Both the position numbers and the translations under genes were made by a program. A stretch of 64,000 nt of DNA from Octopus vulgaris (lineage: Eukaryota), in contig OX597823.1 of the NCBI GenBank assembly GCA_951406725.2, positions 71,052,001 through 71,116,000 on the forward strand. Reading direction: 5' to 3'. The notes under the pieces were generated by a model, which worked only from the letters and a program-made list of their open reading frames with translations, did no database searches and was not told the origin of the DNA. The first letter of the stretch is position 1, and every line of letters starts with the position of its first letter. Shown here one piece after another: positions 1 through 15,865 of the stretch.

Positions 1-136
1 CATATATAAACACACACGCACACACAGTTAATTGAAAGGAACAATCAATTCAAATAAACGAATAATAAAATTAACAGATGACAAGAGGACGTGCACAAAG
101 AATATATTAGTTTGAGGCTCAATAAGAAAAGAGAGT

Positions 137-171
137 TTTTGACGTTTCGAGCATAATTCTTCGTCCGAAAG
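137..171 (-). ncRNA. Degenerate hammerhead motif
   Basis: cttt CGGACGA agaattatgctc GAAA cg TC aaaa on the minus strand. Confidence 0.45.
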
Positions 172-274
172 GAGAAAGTGAAAAGTTCAAAGAAGGAAAA
201 GAAATCACCAAAAGCACTTGTATGAACACACACACACATGTATGTATGTGTGTGTGCGCACTTATGTGTGTGTA

Positions 275-465
275 TGTGTCTGTATCTATGTTTGTCCCCT
301 AATATCGCTTGACAACTGGTGTTGGTCTGTTTACGTCCCCGTAACTTAGCAGTTAGGCTAAATCGACCGATAGACCTGACTTAAAAAGTAAGTGCTGGGG
401 TCGATTCGTTTGAAGTGGTGCTCCAGCATGCCCACAGACTAAGGACTGAAACAAGTAAGAGAATA
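275..465 (+). mobile_element. 3' half of SINE family 1
   Basis: cgcttgacaac..acgtccccgtaacttagc..ctccagcatg..gactgaaacaagtaa. Confidence 0.75.
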
Positions 466-610
466 AAAAATGCGCGTGCGCGTGTGTATGAATTATGTTG
501 AGAAATATATATACGTAGTCATGATTACCAAGTGCAAAACCGGTCGACTATGTATATGTATATATATCTATATCTATATCTATATCTATATCTATATATT
601 TCTTTCTATG

Positions 611-1625
<1,015 letters not shown>

Positions 1626-1629
1626 TCTG

Positions 1630-3070
1630 AATGAATTGAAAGAAATTGGCTCAAATCTAGCAATACTAATTAACAAAATCGATTAATTAAATTGCTGTAC
1701 ACGAGAAGCAAGAAAGTGATTGAAAGATATTCTACTGAATAGGTTCGTCAAAAATAGGGATCAGTTATGTACAGCCTCACAATCGACTTTGGTAAACAAG
1801 TTTCAGAAATGCACCCCACCCTAAAAAAAAGGCAAAGCAAAATACAAAATGAAATTATACCAACATCAACATGTTTAATTAAAAGCCATTTTAGCCATAT
1901 TTGGAACCCCAAATTTATACGCTAAAAGGTCGAAAACTATATACAATAGAGTATAATGAAAAATATTTTTTTCTGACTTCACCTACATGGAAAGATTTGA
2001 CAGACAAAGAAATCCGCTACATAGCAAACTTTAAATGTAAACCTAGTCTTTTGTATGATTTTCCAACATTCACAAAAGCTTGAGCATTAATGAAACCCAC
2101 AAAGAATCATCAGACACATATATTAATGTCCTATCGCCAAGAGATTAAAAATTTAGACCAATTATAGCTGGCCCATCATGTGAAACCCACCGCTTAAGCA
2201 ACAGAAACTCCTTCTGAAGTATATCAAAAACTTCATTAGAGACGATCTAGATATGCTTAACCACCTCTCAAAAACAATCTGTGGAGACATACTTATGATA
2301 CCCTTTGACTTTGTGAAACTGTGTGGGACATTATTCTCATATGACAATGGGTTAGAAGGAATGAAATTTTGGTTGGAAAATTATCCAAAAAATTTTCAGG
2401 GTGAATCAGCTAGAGATCCATAAAGGAAGCATGAAAATTCATTATCCAGAATAATTACTTCGTGCAATTACCACGACAGTATGTGGAACAGCATGGAACA
2501 AAAATAGCCCCAGTTCTTGCAAACTTAGTAATGAGGTATTTGACGGTATATCAATAATCATTACAAAAATGTTGATACTCCTTTAACCTGTATATAAGAG
2601 AGAACTGGAAAAGATATCTGGATGACTGCTTTATGATTTACAAGGAAAGTATTATACACTATTCGAATTTTAATAATTGCTTAATGATATAAGCACTAAC
2701 ATCCAATTCACAATAGAATACAGTAAAGAGAAACTTCTATTTCTTGATATTTTAATAAAATAATTCAATAACCAAATGGAATCCTACATTTATCATAAAC
2801 CAACAGCCTCGAAGCGATGCCTGTTATTCAGCTGGTGCCACTCGAAACATGTTTAAATAAATATCCTTTTCAATTTAGTTAAAAGGATTTGTACAACAGT
2901 ATTTGATGCAAATACCCAGGTCCTACGACTTCATGAACTGAAAAGCATACTCGTCGAGAGACATTATCCATCTTCACTAATAAATGATGGGATAAAAGAT
3001 GTCAAGAGAATTGATATCCAAACACTTAGAGAAGTAAACCGAAATAACACACTATATAACTACTCTATAT
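1630..3070 (+). mobile_element. Penelope-like element reverse transcriptase, degraded and inverted relative to its 3' part
   Basis: Frameshifted motifs GT..IAPVLANLVM, WKRYLDDCF (about 2607-2632), IQFTIEYSKEKLLFLDIL, IYHKPT. Confidence 0.85.
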
Positions 3071-4208
3071 ATAGCCAGTCAACGTTTTATTTCAACTCGC
3101 TGATAACACTAATGTATCGGGTTCAATCCAACTAACCAATATTTAGCAATGCAAAGTAGTAATAATGTGTTTACGTTAGTTTATACTTGTTAAAATTCAG
3201 ATGTCTGGTGAAAATGATTTAAGTGTCTGGTCATTCGAGTCTTTCACATTGGTTCGATTCTGACAGTTCCATGCATTATCAATAAATGGCAGCAATCTAC
3301 TTTTGCTTATAATATAGTTTAGTAACACTACAAAACTTTACATAAACTTGATACAGAAGCAGATTGTCTCCTTCCAAGAAAATAATAATTTTCCTTTATA
3401 ATTTGCAAATATTTCAGTTTACCTATGAGGCTGTTTCTCTAGTGAAAAGTTTAAATCAACTACTTCTTATTTGTTTTTTTTTCTGCATTGAGACAATAGG
3501 ATATTTATATTTGATATATACCAAGCATTTTTGAAATCCTAAATCTTTTACATCTGATACGAAATATATTGTATTCTTCTTTTGAAACGACAAAGTATAA
3601 ATCTTTAGAATTGTCTGTAACTAATTCTAGAACCCTGTAAAGAGCTAATTACATCGTTTGAAGGTTATAATGAATAATCTATTCTTCCGTATTATCATAT
3701 CATTTCATTATAAATGCCAACCTTACCCGTTTCAGATATATCTTGCAGGTATTAATTATTTGATAAGAATACATATTTTCAAGTATGCCACTTACGCACA
3801 CACACACACACACACTCACACAAACGTATATATATATATATATATATATATGCACATATACACACATTACGGTAGCAAGCATTTCATAACTAGCAATTTT
3901 CTTTCATGTTCATATGGACACAAACACACACGCATAGCACACACACACACACGTAACATCACATATATATATGTGAAATAAAGTTGTTGGTTGTGAAACG
4001 TTGGTATTTTTCATTAATATTAATCATGACTGTTGAAAATACACATTCATATTACATAATTAGTACCTGCGAGATGTTTCTCAACTGCATACGATTGGCA
4101 GCAATATTAAAATCTTATGATAATACTACGAAGGTACAGGCTAATCATTATAGCATTCAAACTAATAATCACTCCAATGCAGGATATCTATCTATCTATC
4201 TATCAATA

Positions 4209-4299
<91 letters not shown>

Positions 4300-4520
4300 T
4301 TATTTATTCTTTTTATATACTTTTCTATGAATACCTAAAAGTTGAGGAAAGTAAACATACTGTGTACATATATCTACCGAGCTAATACAAGAGTTTTATC
4401 ATTCAAACTGATTATTATGAAATTTATTTTTTGACAAAAGTGTATTTAACTAAATGCAATTGGGTTGCAATTAAGCTTTTAATGTTGTAGTAGATAATTT
4501 ATACCCATGCATGAAGATAT

Positions 4521-4566
<46 letters not shown>

Positions 4567-4618
4567 GCTTTATGTTTTCCAGTTTCAGCTATTGAGCTGT
4601 GGCCATGCTGGGGCACCG

Positions 4619-4685
<67 letters not shown>

Positions 4686-4687
<2 letters not shown>

Positions 4688-5763
4688 ATGAATGTATTTT
4701 TACCTTGTTAACAATTAACACGGAAAAAAATAAATAGTTACCAGGGCAGCAAAAATCTCACAAGTAAAGGTGTTGTAACTCCTTGTTTATAAAGGTAGAA
4801 ACTTCGTGTTTACGTTGAATATTTTGAATAATATATGAATAAATAAATGGAGTTGAACGCTGGTGTAATCAAATATTTTTACTTTCGACACATGTTTCGA
4901 AAATTCCACTGATACTATTCAAAAGAATAAATGGTATAAACAATGCAATCTTCTCAGGAAAGTGAAAAAAACGAAACTCGTCAATAAGACATTTTAGCAA
5001 AAAATGATGGATTTGTATAGCGATTGACAGAACGCTATTAATATTGTTTAAAAAAACGTTATATGATATAACGTCATAAGTAGCTAACAGAGAGAGTAGG
5101 GATGTTAATAGTGAATGTTAAATATAAAGGAAATTAAAGTTTAAATTATATATAATGATAGAGACTACTTATATGCACTAAATGTATGTTTTTGCCAATG
5201 CTTACATCTGTATGCTCGCTCTATAACCGTGTTTACTAGAGTATTTTTAGAAAAAATAATGAAAAATAGCTCAGAATTGCAGAGAAGACAGAATTTCTTG
5301 CCTTTGTCATATGGTATCGAAATTGAGAGAATCAACCATTCTAAATGAAATTGTTCATTGTGGTCTTTTAAATCCCAAATCAGTTTGCTGAGACCGGTAC
5401 TATTCCGTTTATTTCTATCCCTAAATGTTGAGTAATGGATAGAAATTCTTTTAGATAGCTCTAACGATGTGCTTCCAATGTAAAATCGTACTTTATTACG
5501 AGTACTGATTATACACTGGTATGTAGAATTTTTTAATCTTAGAGTTACTTGACATAAACTTAATTCTATTGGAATTGACTTCAGATACAATAACCTTGTT
5601 ATTAATATTTCTAGAGGGTTGGATGGTATTAGCTAAATGAATGTTAGTATTAGTAAATGTATTAATATTTAACAGTTTGTTATTATGAGAAGAGATAATT
5701 TGCAAGAGATTTTTTGTGTTTGAAAACCTATCCTAACCTTATGTGAATTGATAATAGAGTAAT
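4686..5763 (-). mobile_element. Penelope-like element 3' fragment with GIY-YIG endonuclease (ORF 5165-5590) and HHR tail
   Basis: TYQC..FYIGST..KRISIH..TGLSKLIWDLK..CLLCNSE..RCKH; upstream INSHKVRIGFS linker; begins directly at a (TA)n tract. Confidence 0.85.
4877..4968 (-). ncRNA. Hammerhead motif (core CTGAGA, one base short) in a PLE terminal region
   Basis: ttttcactttc CTGAGA aga...ttc GAAA catgtg TC gaaagtaaaa; good stem I; flank atggagttgaacg shared with the 52625 copy. Confidence 0.65.
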
Positions 5764-5764
5764 A

Positions 5765-6316
5765 TCTAGATCAGAGAGCATCAATTTGGTTCTTCACTTT
5801 TTGTCTGTCTGTGTATCTTCTCGGTTCTCGGGCATCCTCCATCCGATTGCGCTCAAATTTGATATGTAGATACCGACGGTATCAGGGCGTGTATACAAAA
5901 ATCGATTCCAGCTTAGAATGCGATCGATAAAGCCGTTTTTGCCCTGATTTTCTTCTATCAACCTATACATAACTGCACCTTCCATTTTTTGTTGTTTTTG
6001 TACTGCTTAAAGGCACGTTTCTTTCCTGCCAAGCTTACTGTTTAAACCATGTTTGTGTTCTCCCAGTCAACAGCCTTATCATTACTGGTACTTAAAACTC
6101 TTCGGTTGCATTTTTGTACGAATAAAATCGTTTTTCTTTGGAATAGAAAAAGTCTATCTTTATTTCTTCTTTTGCTGGTGTCTCAAATTTAAGTTACATC
6201 AGTGTTTCTCAAAGGGGAGGGAGGCCTATGTGACGGTCGGACGAGTTGTTTTGAGAAAATTTGGTTTACATGTTTGATAACTCTGCACCGTCCATTGGGC
6301 GGGGGCGTTTTTCTCG
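5765..6316 (+). mobile_element. Probable non-autonomous Helitron-like element
   Basis: A|TC start, tgtctgtctg subterminal repeat, 3' hairpin cgtccattgggcg and CTCG|T end (a CTAG variant). Confidence 0.5.
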
Positions 6317-6348
<32 letters not shown>

Positions 6349-6389
6349 TGTTTTGTTTTAAGAATATTAATAAAGAAAGGAAATTGATA

Positions 6390-6580
6390 ACGCGCTGTAT
6401 AAAAATGCTTAGTGGTGTTTCCCCGAATTTACGTCCTGAGTTCAAATATCGCTGGTGTCGATTTTCATCCTTTTGGGTTCGATCGAATAAATACCACATG
6501 AGAGCTAAGGTTGATGCAATCTGCTTATCCGCTCACCGAAATTTCTGGTCATGTGCCAAAATCCCAAACCAATATCAATA
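6390..6580 (+). mobile_element. SINE family 2, diverged monomer
   Basis: aaatgcttagtgg..ctgagttcaaat..ttcatcctttt.gg..aaataccac. Confidence 0.6.
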
Positions 6581-6863
6581 AAGAAAAGTAATACCAATTT
6601 ACATTGGATAGAATAATGCAAAAAAAAAAAAACACTGAAAAATAGACTTATAAATTTACAATATAGCAACAGCTACAAATGTTTGAAATATTAATGGATG
6701 TATATTCTTTTTTCTTTAATCTATATAATGTTCCATTAAATTATTTGAAACAAATCTATAGAGCTGTGTTTCTGACTATGATACGAGCGTCATGAGGATT
6801 AAGAACGTAAGTAATCCAATACAGTTTTAATTAAAACTTTTGAAGATATCATATATATATATA

Positions 6864-6910
<47 letters not shown>

Positions 6911-7064
6911 TATATCATATCATATATATATATATATGATATATCATATATATATATGTATATATATACATACACACACACACACATACACACATATATA
7001 TATATATACCTACATATATACGAACATACACTCACACCCATACATATATATATATACATGTGTA

Positions 7065-7123
<59 letters not shown>

Positions 7124-7464
7124 ATATATATATATATATATGCATTCATATATATGTATATAATTTTGAGAAAAACCTCTATTAAACAATTCAATAATGA
7201 AAGATGTTATTCACAGCATATAGAAAACATACTATAATAACCTTATTCTAAAAATCAATAAAGTACAATAAGGTTTTTTTTTCGAGTATATGCTTTCTAT
7301 ATGTTGTAAATAACATCTTTTATTATTAAATTTTATAATAGAGGTTTTTTCTCTGAATTGTATACATATATATTGTGTACATATATATATTGCAAAATTT
7401 GATTTAAAATTGTTAAATTGAATTTTTCCCTGTAAGTTCTGGAATAATATTCCCTACTATTATT

Positions 7465-8145
7465 CCAAAAGTAACCGGAACGTTCTCTGTGAGACAAGCC
7501 CGTTGCTGTTCAGGCTTCTGCCGCTAGTAGCCACTTGATGCGACTCTCGGCGTTATCTCGGAGGGTCGTACTACCATGTGGTGCGTCTTTGTTTTGCAGC
7601 GGTTTTCCCTTGTTGGTCGCTTTTTGCGATTGCTGAAACGAAGGGTCAGCATGCTTTTATGAAATTGTGTTTTGTGCTTGGAAGGATGGCGGCCGAAACA
7701 ATTCTCATGTTTTAAACAGCTTACAAGGACGCTGTCATGAGTAAAACACCAGTTTACAAGTGGTTTCACACTTTAAGAATGGCCACCTGTCACTTGAAGA
7801 CCTTGTTTCGGGGCAATCATCGACCTACCGAACGAATGAAAACTTATCTTGGAGGATCGTCACCGAACAATTGACGAACTCGCTGATATGGCTGGTGTGA
7901 CCTGAAGCTCCTGCCAACGACATTTGGGCTAGGAATTCCGAATAAAAAGAGTTCCAGCAAAATTTGTGCCTCACTTGCTCTCGGAAGATGAAAAACAGTC
8001 ACGACTGAATGCATACCGTGAACTGGAAGAACAGTTGGAAGTTCATCCGGACCTTTCTTCGAAAGTCATCACTAGTGACGAAGGCTGGTATTATGGCTAC
8101 GAACCGGAAACGAAGCAGCAATCAGGTCAATGGAAGCATTCTATG
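7465..8145 (+). mobile_element. Mariner transposase remnant
   Basis: MKLCFVLGRMAAET..VYKWF, FVPHLLSEDEKQ, ITSDEGWYYGYEPETKQQS.QWKH. Confidence 0.88.
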
Positions 8146-8280
8146 ACACTACAAAGTGATAAAGATGTAAACATATACAACTAAGTGAATAAAAAAATAT
8201 TGCATAATTCCGATATGTATGTATGTATGTATTATGTATGTATGTATGTATGTATGTATGTATGTATATATGTATGTATG

Positions 8281-8311
<31 letters not shown>

Positions 8312-8566
8312 CTATCTATTTATCTATCTATACTCACACGCGCGTTCATACACAAAATGGTACGGATTAGTGGAGAAATTTAAATGGGTGTGGGAACAAA
8401 AATGGGAAGCAAAAAACCTTGTTAATCACTGCTACAGTCTTATTATGAGCATTACCTGAGAAGTATACAGTGGATGTTGCTTAAGCCTTTTTCAAAGAGC
8501 TGGTACTGAAAAAAATCTTCTCGCGGATATAACTGCTAATTGAATTTCAGTTCTGGAGTCATATAC

Positions 8567-8979
8567 ACTCTCTTTTACTCTTTTATTTGTTTCAGTCATT
8601 TGACTGCGGCCATGCTGGAGCACCGCCTTTAGTCGAGCAAATCGACCCCATGACTTATTCTTTGTACGCCTAGTACTTATTCTATCGGTCTTTTTTGCCG
8701 AACCGCTAAGTTACGGGGACGTAAACACACCAGCATCGGTTGTCAAGCGATGTTGGGGGGACAAACGCAGACACACAAACATATACACATACACACATAT
8801 ATATATGCATATATACGACGGGCTTCTTTCAGTTTCCGTCTCCCAAATCCACTCACAAGTCTTTGGTCGGCCCGAGGCTATAGTAGAAGACACTTGCCCA
8901 AGGTGCCACGCAGTGGGACTGAATCCGGAACCATGTGGTTGGTAAGCAAGCTACCTACCACACAGCCACTTCTGCGCCT
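8567..8979 (-). mobile_element. tRNA-derived SINE, family 1 (CORE-like), full length
   Basis: AGGCGCAG.AGTGGCTGTGTGGTA head, ACCTTGGGCAAGTG core-like segment, internal microsatellite, GACTGAAACAA tail; matches 31138 and 41418. Confidence 0.9.
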
Positions 8980-9763
8980 ATGAGCAACATTTATATGTAT
9001 CTGCGTTAACAGTCCACTCAGCATGAAATTACATTTCGAAGACCGGTGGCCAGCGACTTGAATAGCTGCTGTATTACTTTAATGTACTTTTAGCCCTGGA
9101 ATGTTTCAGTAGTTTCTCATATTCTGATTAATTTCACCAAGACATAAGATTTCAAACTGCCTAAAAAATTATCTTGAGTGCTGTCCGAGTCACTTCCTAA
9201 TTTTCAAAATCCTATGTGTCTTGCTGTATATTCCGACATTTCTTGTAAATCGTAGTATATTAAAACGAAAATCAAGATTCATTAAGGTTGTATTTCTTTG
9301 GCTTCTATACCGTAAATCTTGTTCTCCAAAACAAGCTGTCATTGTGGCTATACAATTCGGCACTAATCATCAATATATTAAGGAACACGATATTGTCTCT
9401 AAGATATGTAGGTAATGCATTACTTTCTATATGTATAATTCGTTATACAAATCTTCAAACTAATCTATAATCAATGATCATTTGTCGATTGAAAAATCTG
9501 TTATGCATTATATATAGTGTATGTTTATAATTACATCGTTACAATGGCATGCTTGCATATTTATATACACATAGTTGTGTGAGTGTGTATGTGTCATGGA
9601 TATGTGTATGCATTTGTATGTATGTATATATATATATATATATATAAATATACATACAGAGAGAGAGAGAGAGAGAGTGATACGTGCATACGTACATAAT
9701 ACATACCTACACACACATAATATATATATATAAATATATATATTATGTGTGTGCATGTGTATG

Positions 9764-9861
<98 letters not shown>

Positions 9862-10468
9862 TATATATACATATATGTATTTGTATATATGTATATATGT
9901 ATTTTCACTGAAGCCGACACCTCATTTAGATGCGTGTATTTACATTAAATCATTGAATATATATATATATGACATCTTATCTAGAATTCTTCAATCCACA
10001 TCCAGTACTATATTCACCTATATATTTGAATACAAATTTGTTTCATTTGACTTATAATACTTCAAATTACTAAATTCTCCTCATGATCATTCCAAACTCT
10101 TGTAGGATTAAGTCGCATTCTCCACACTTGTGGTGAAAATGTATTATAAAATCTGTTGTGTTCACAAATAATTTAGCGATAAATGAAAATATATGAAAAA
10201 CCGTAAACCGAGAATGTGGAGTATCATTACTGCATACGCATACAAGTTACATGAAACTGTGACAACTGAAGGTCATACTAATACGAATTATAAATCAAAT
10301 TGATATAAGCACTTTCCTTAACTACATTAATGCATTTTACATTTATATTCCACTTATATTAAAGTGATGCCGCTGAGATTGTATTTTGTTTTGTATAAGC
10401 ACTAATACTGCAGATTTCCGAAATTATATCCACTGCACTCTGCTATGTCATTCAATATATATCTAAAT

Positions 10469-10506
<38 letters not shown>

Positions 10507-10565
10507 AGGTATATATATATATGGGTCAGTATCTATGTATATTTGTATGTATGTATGTATATATG

Positions 10566-10634
<69 letters not shown>

Positions 10635-10664
10635 GTCAGTGTGTGTGTGTGTGTGTGTGTATAT

Positions 10665-10703
<39 letters not shown>

Positions 10704-10809
10704 TCAGCATGTATATATATTTGTATGTATGTATGTATGTATCTATCTTTCTATCTAACTATCTATCTATCTAACTCTCAGTGTTTGTGTGTGTGTGTGT
10801 GTGTGTGTG

Positions 10810-11420
10810 CAAAATTACCTTTAGCGTAACCGCATTGCCTTCAACGCTCGTGCGCTAAATTGTTGTATGCAATCAAGATTTGATCTTTATCGCTCCAGTT
10901 TTTCTTTTTCTTTTTTGTTGATGTTACAGAGTAAACATGGCCAATCCACTGGCACCAAGGAAGAACAGAGATCAGTGATCTGTCAGGGTCTGAAATTCAT
11001 CGCAGACTTTCAGTACAATACGGAGACAGTGCTCTACTCTGTAGAAGTGTGTATGAGTGGAACGAGTAGTTTAAAAATAAACGGACAAGCGTGAAACGCA
11101 ATGGGGTGCAGGGCGTCCATCTACCTCAACCTTAGATATGAAGATTCAACAATCTCGAGAGATGGTCCTGTCGAACCGACGATTCCTCAACGATGAGGTG
11201 GCATGTCCTCTACAAATTAATCATGCTTCTTCATACGAGGTCATCCAAGACAGGCTTCGCTTCCGTAAAGTCTGTGCAAGTTGAGTACTAAGAAAGCTTT
11301 CGCAAGCACAAAAGTGCATTCGTGTTGAGATGCATCAACGCTCACTCGACCGCTACAACGATGAAGGTGAAGGTGTTTTGGAGAGAATAGTCACAGATGA
11401 GACCCATCTCCATCACTTTA
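10810..11420 (+). mobile_element. Mariner transposase remnant, second subfamily
   Basis: EEQRSVI, L.FRKVCA, LERIVT.DET.LHH. Confidence 0.8.
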
Positions 11421-11429
11421 TTTTGAATT

Positions 11430-13250
11430 GTTCAAGAGATTCAAAGTCATACCGGTATCGTCATTGCTGTTCATTGGCTTTGAATGCGCACCGATTACCA
11501 AACGGTGTCGGGTCTACTAGTCCCTGAGTAAAAAGTTTATGTTTAAGGGAGGTAAGTTTTCTGGACGTGGTGTAATTAGGATCGATATGATACTGTAATA
11601 TGAATGGTGTATGGAATGTATGGGGGTTAGTGGTATTATTGGTAAGGTTAGTAGTGTTCTGTATTAAGTTGTGTTAGTTACTGCCGGATAGGTTGATGGT
11701 ACTGGCCGTTGTTGTTGCTACTATCGCTGTTTTTGCTGCTGTTACTGACAGACACTACCTCATACCTCTGAATGGGGTTTAGAGGTGTTCACTAAAATCT
11801 TTTTTTTACACCGAGTGCACAGCTGAATGAGATCCTTATGTTTTGTCTATTAAATAATCGTCCATACCTATTGGATTGTAAAAAAATGCTTATCCACTAA
11901 TCTAAGAGCCTTTCGTAGTTCCTCACGTTTTTCGTCGAGAGCTGAAGCAAGGTGTCAAGTGGGCATCAAAGTCTATTACAGTTCAGCCCTTTCGCTACCC
12001 TTGAACACTCGAGCAAGATTTTACTGGAAAATAGTGCGCATTCGCTCCCGTTTGTCAACGCCGAGTTGTGGTTTTGTTGCAACGTTGCACCTCCATTACT
12101 TGAGGTTATTACCTCTGACAACGCAGTCTCTCGTTTCGCGTTGAAAATATCACCGAGAGCGATTGTCGTCAGTAGCGCGCCGGTTGCGTTGCCTTTACTC
12201 ATTGCCTCTTTTGGCTTACAAACTCGCTCCTCATCATCATCTGTCCCTACTACTTACTCTTTACTCGTATTTAATTTCTCTCCTTAGAGCCGCATCACCC
12301 GTTGTTAATGTCTGCTCCTGTCAATTGCTGTAGCTTTTGCACCCGCGAAATACGTGTTCAAATTCAAGTACCGTAAATCCTCGAGTATAGTCTCCCCTTG
12401 GGTATAATACGCAGGGGATTTTTAGGGAGCTGTACCTCTGAAAAACCTAAACCTTGTGTATAATACGCACCCCTTCTCTAACTTGAGTCAAGGAGGTCTA
12501 TATAACGTCCTTGGTTTGTAAAAATATATACGGTAACGTATTTTATTATTATTGTATATATGACATAATGCAAACGTGTAGCTTTTTGTGCATTTTGTTT
12601 GCAGAAAATAAAGAAATAACAGTTATAATGTGTAATAAATGTTGGTAACTGCAAGTTATGGATGATTTAAGGTATTTTCGCGCCCGACATCACAAAATGC
12701 GTCTGAATAAACATCGCCGGACAGCAAATAAAGACTCAGACATTGCTTAGAAAATAATTTTCATTTTTAACCTCGTATATAGTACGCACTAGGGCTTTTG
12801 ACCTTTAAATTTTGGGGAAAAAATGCGGATTATACTCGAGGATATACGGTAACCTGATTTCTATCTATGAATCCGATTTCAAGTTACTATACTTGTTTGT
12901 TTAGTTGATTATTTTAAACTGTGGACACCTTATACTATATCAGTTCGCTAAAAGACACTCTATCAAGATACGAGCTGGATGACCCATTGTGGCTGTTTCC
13001 TGTTCACACTGGCACTCATACAGGAAATCCGGTTGGTGTATGTCGTGTAATTGGAAAGCTTAAGCATGTCTTCAATGCTATTGCATGCTCTTCTCCAATA
13101 GTTTAAACTCATGTAATTCAATCGTAAGTATAAAATATATTGTTCCGACCCTTCCAGGTCTGTAAAGATTCTAGATGTCTAAAGAGATTCTATTAATTAT
13201 AATAAAATGCAGAGTCAACTTTTAAAGAGCTTGAGGCATTCGGTTCCGAC
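11430..13250 (-). mobile_element. Probable degraded PLE remnants interrupted by a MITE
   Basis: Minus strand RLFNRQNIRISFSC (about 11815-11865) resembles the PLE linker motif; the rest is highly eroded. Confidence 0.4.
12371..12849. mobile_element. Pogo/Tigger-like MITE
   Basis: TIRs CCGTAAATCCTCGAGTATA / TATACTCGAGGATATACGG flanked by TA on both sides; subterminal gtataatacgca repeats. Confidence 0.88.
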
Positions 13251-14109
13251 ACTAGCGACGTTGCAACGCATGTGTATGAAGGTTACACTTGTATTTAGAC
13301 CGAAACGGGGTTAAACATTCAAGTCATTAAATTCTTCGGTATTTATTAGATGTATCAAATACATCTAATACATTTATCGTTCATATTTTGCCTATTCTTT
13401 ATTGTTAAAATATTTTTGAGAATTTTATTCATATGTCTGAAGGCATAAGTCTAATTAAACTCAGAATAAACTCTTTAAAAAATGTTGTATGTACCTCATG
13501 GAAATACTTATCTACACACACACACACACGGCCTGCACTCATACAACACAACATACACGCAACACAACACACACAACACAACACACGTGCACACACGCTC
13601 GCACACATACGCGCACACACATGCACAGGCTCGCACACATACACACGCACACATACACACACACACACACACTGAGTCTCAAACACTCACAAATGCAATT
13701 AAAAGTAAGAAAGACTAGTACGTACTCCGTGAAACATTATTGAAAGTACTTTTTTAATATTTTCCAGTAGATATTTCTATGTATAATTCTTACTTTGACT
13801 AATTAAATTCGGGATACAATGCATAAAGATACATACGCACACACTTATAAATATGTGTGTATGAATGCATGTATGTATGTATGTATGTATGTATGTATGT
13901 ATGTATGTGTGTATGCATGTATGTATGTATTTATGTATGTATTTATGCATGCATGCATGCATCTTTCGCTGATGAAATAACTGGAAGGTTTTTCATAACA
14001 TATGTTATTAACAAGGAGACATAGAATCGCATAATTTATATTTACTCTAATTATGGTATGACATCGAGGAAATTAGCTTTACGTGTGCACATATGTGAGC
14101 ATGCATGCG

Positions 14110-14159
<50 letters not shown>

Positions 14160-14426
14160 CGTGTGTATATATATATATATATGCATGCATATATGCGTGT
14201 ATGCAAGTATGCATGTGTACACTTTCAACGAATGGTGCTAGCGTGCACTTGTATACGCACGCACACACACATATGTTCATATATATATATATACAAATAA
14301 AGCGTAAACTATATAAGTGACTGTTTTCTTTAAAAGAACTCACGCAAACAGACATTCCTGCACACGCGTAGACCCATACACACGAACGCATAGTGCACAC
14401 CCGCACACACACACATACACACACAC

Positions 14427-14466
<40 letters not shown>

Positions 14467-14784
14467 ACACACACACACACAAAAACACAGACACAGACAC
14501 ACTCACGCGAGTATACGTTTACCTTACCGAATACATTTATATGGTAAACGTTCTTGATCTGTACAGAACGACACAACTGACGAAACAAAATGGGGCTAAG
14601 GGCGAATATATATCTAAGTTGCAATAACTTGCAAATAATATATCCAACTCTGTTCACAGTACGCCGAAAACTTTCCAAAGAAACTAACTCAAATTATATG
14701 GGGGTTACATTCATATATCTGGTATTTGCAACAATGTATTTTCTGCCTTAAAATTAATATTATTAAGATATATGTTACTGTTTT

Positions 14785-15215
14785 AAGATGGCAAACTGGC
14801 AGAATCTTTAGCACACCAACCAAAATGCTTAGCGGTAATTCGTCTGCCGCTATGTTTTGAGTTCAAATTCCGCCGAGGTTGACTTTGCCTTTCATCCTTT
14901 CGGGGTCGATTAAATAAGTACCAGTTAAGCACTGAAGTCGGTATAATCGACTTAATCCGCTTGTTTGATATTTTTTGTTCCCTCCGTGTGTAGCCCCTTG
15001 TCAGCAGTAAAGAAATAAGAATCTTTAGCACACCGACCGAAATGCTGAGTAGCATTTCGTTCGTCTGCATGTTCTGAGTTTAAATTCCGGCGACTTCGCC
15101 TTTTATCATTTTCGGAGTTGATAAAATATGTACCATTCGAGCATTAGAGTTGATCTAATCGTCTAACACCTCCCCGAAATTGCTGGCTTTGTTCCAAATA
15201 TTTGAGACCAATATA
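14785..15215 (+). mobile_element. tRNA-derived SINE, family 2, with internal duplication
   Basis: ggc..ctggcagaatc.ttagcac head, gagttcaaattcc B box, gactttgcctttcatcctttcggggtcgat central domain present twice. Confidence 0.85.
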
Positions 15216-15733
15216 TTTTACTGTTTTCTTTAAACAAACAAACGTTATATGTTGAACAGTTATGAATCTCTCGTGGAGAATTATGCAGGAACTAAAACAA
15301 TTAACTATATATGAATGTTTTGTCAGCACTAATAAATAACCAAACCTCGATCTTTCGAACCGAGATCAATTTTTATTTGAGATACTTGTTGCTTTTATAA
15401 AAGATTAATTTATTTATTTCAGTTTAAATATAAAGTTACATTTGTTTCGCACCGGAGGTCAAGGGAATACCACTTACAAATACGTTCGGCAAGATTAAGT
15501 CCCACCCGTCCACAAACAACCCTCTATAGATATATGTATGCGTGTGTGTGTGAGTGTGTGTATATATTAATGTATGTGAATATATATATATATATATATA
15601 TATATGTAATTAGAGTGTCCAACTGACCCTAATATACTGTGTAGTCGACAAAATCAAAAGCTAACAATGCGCATATGCGAAATTAAAAATATAAAATGGC
15701 AACAACTCATCCGTGGCAGCTTGTATATATAAT

Positions 15734-15766
<33 letters not shown>

Positions 15767-15780
15767 CATACATACATACA

Positions 15781-15865
<85 letters not shown>

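Noticed and set aside
14572-14625. CTGACGA...GAAT atata TC hammerhead-like string on the + strand
   Set aside because: No stem II, altered GAAA box and weak stem I; not counted.
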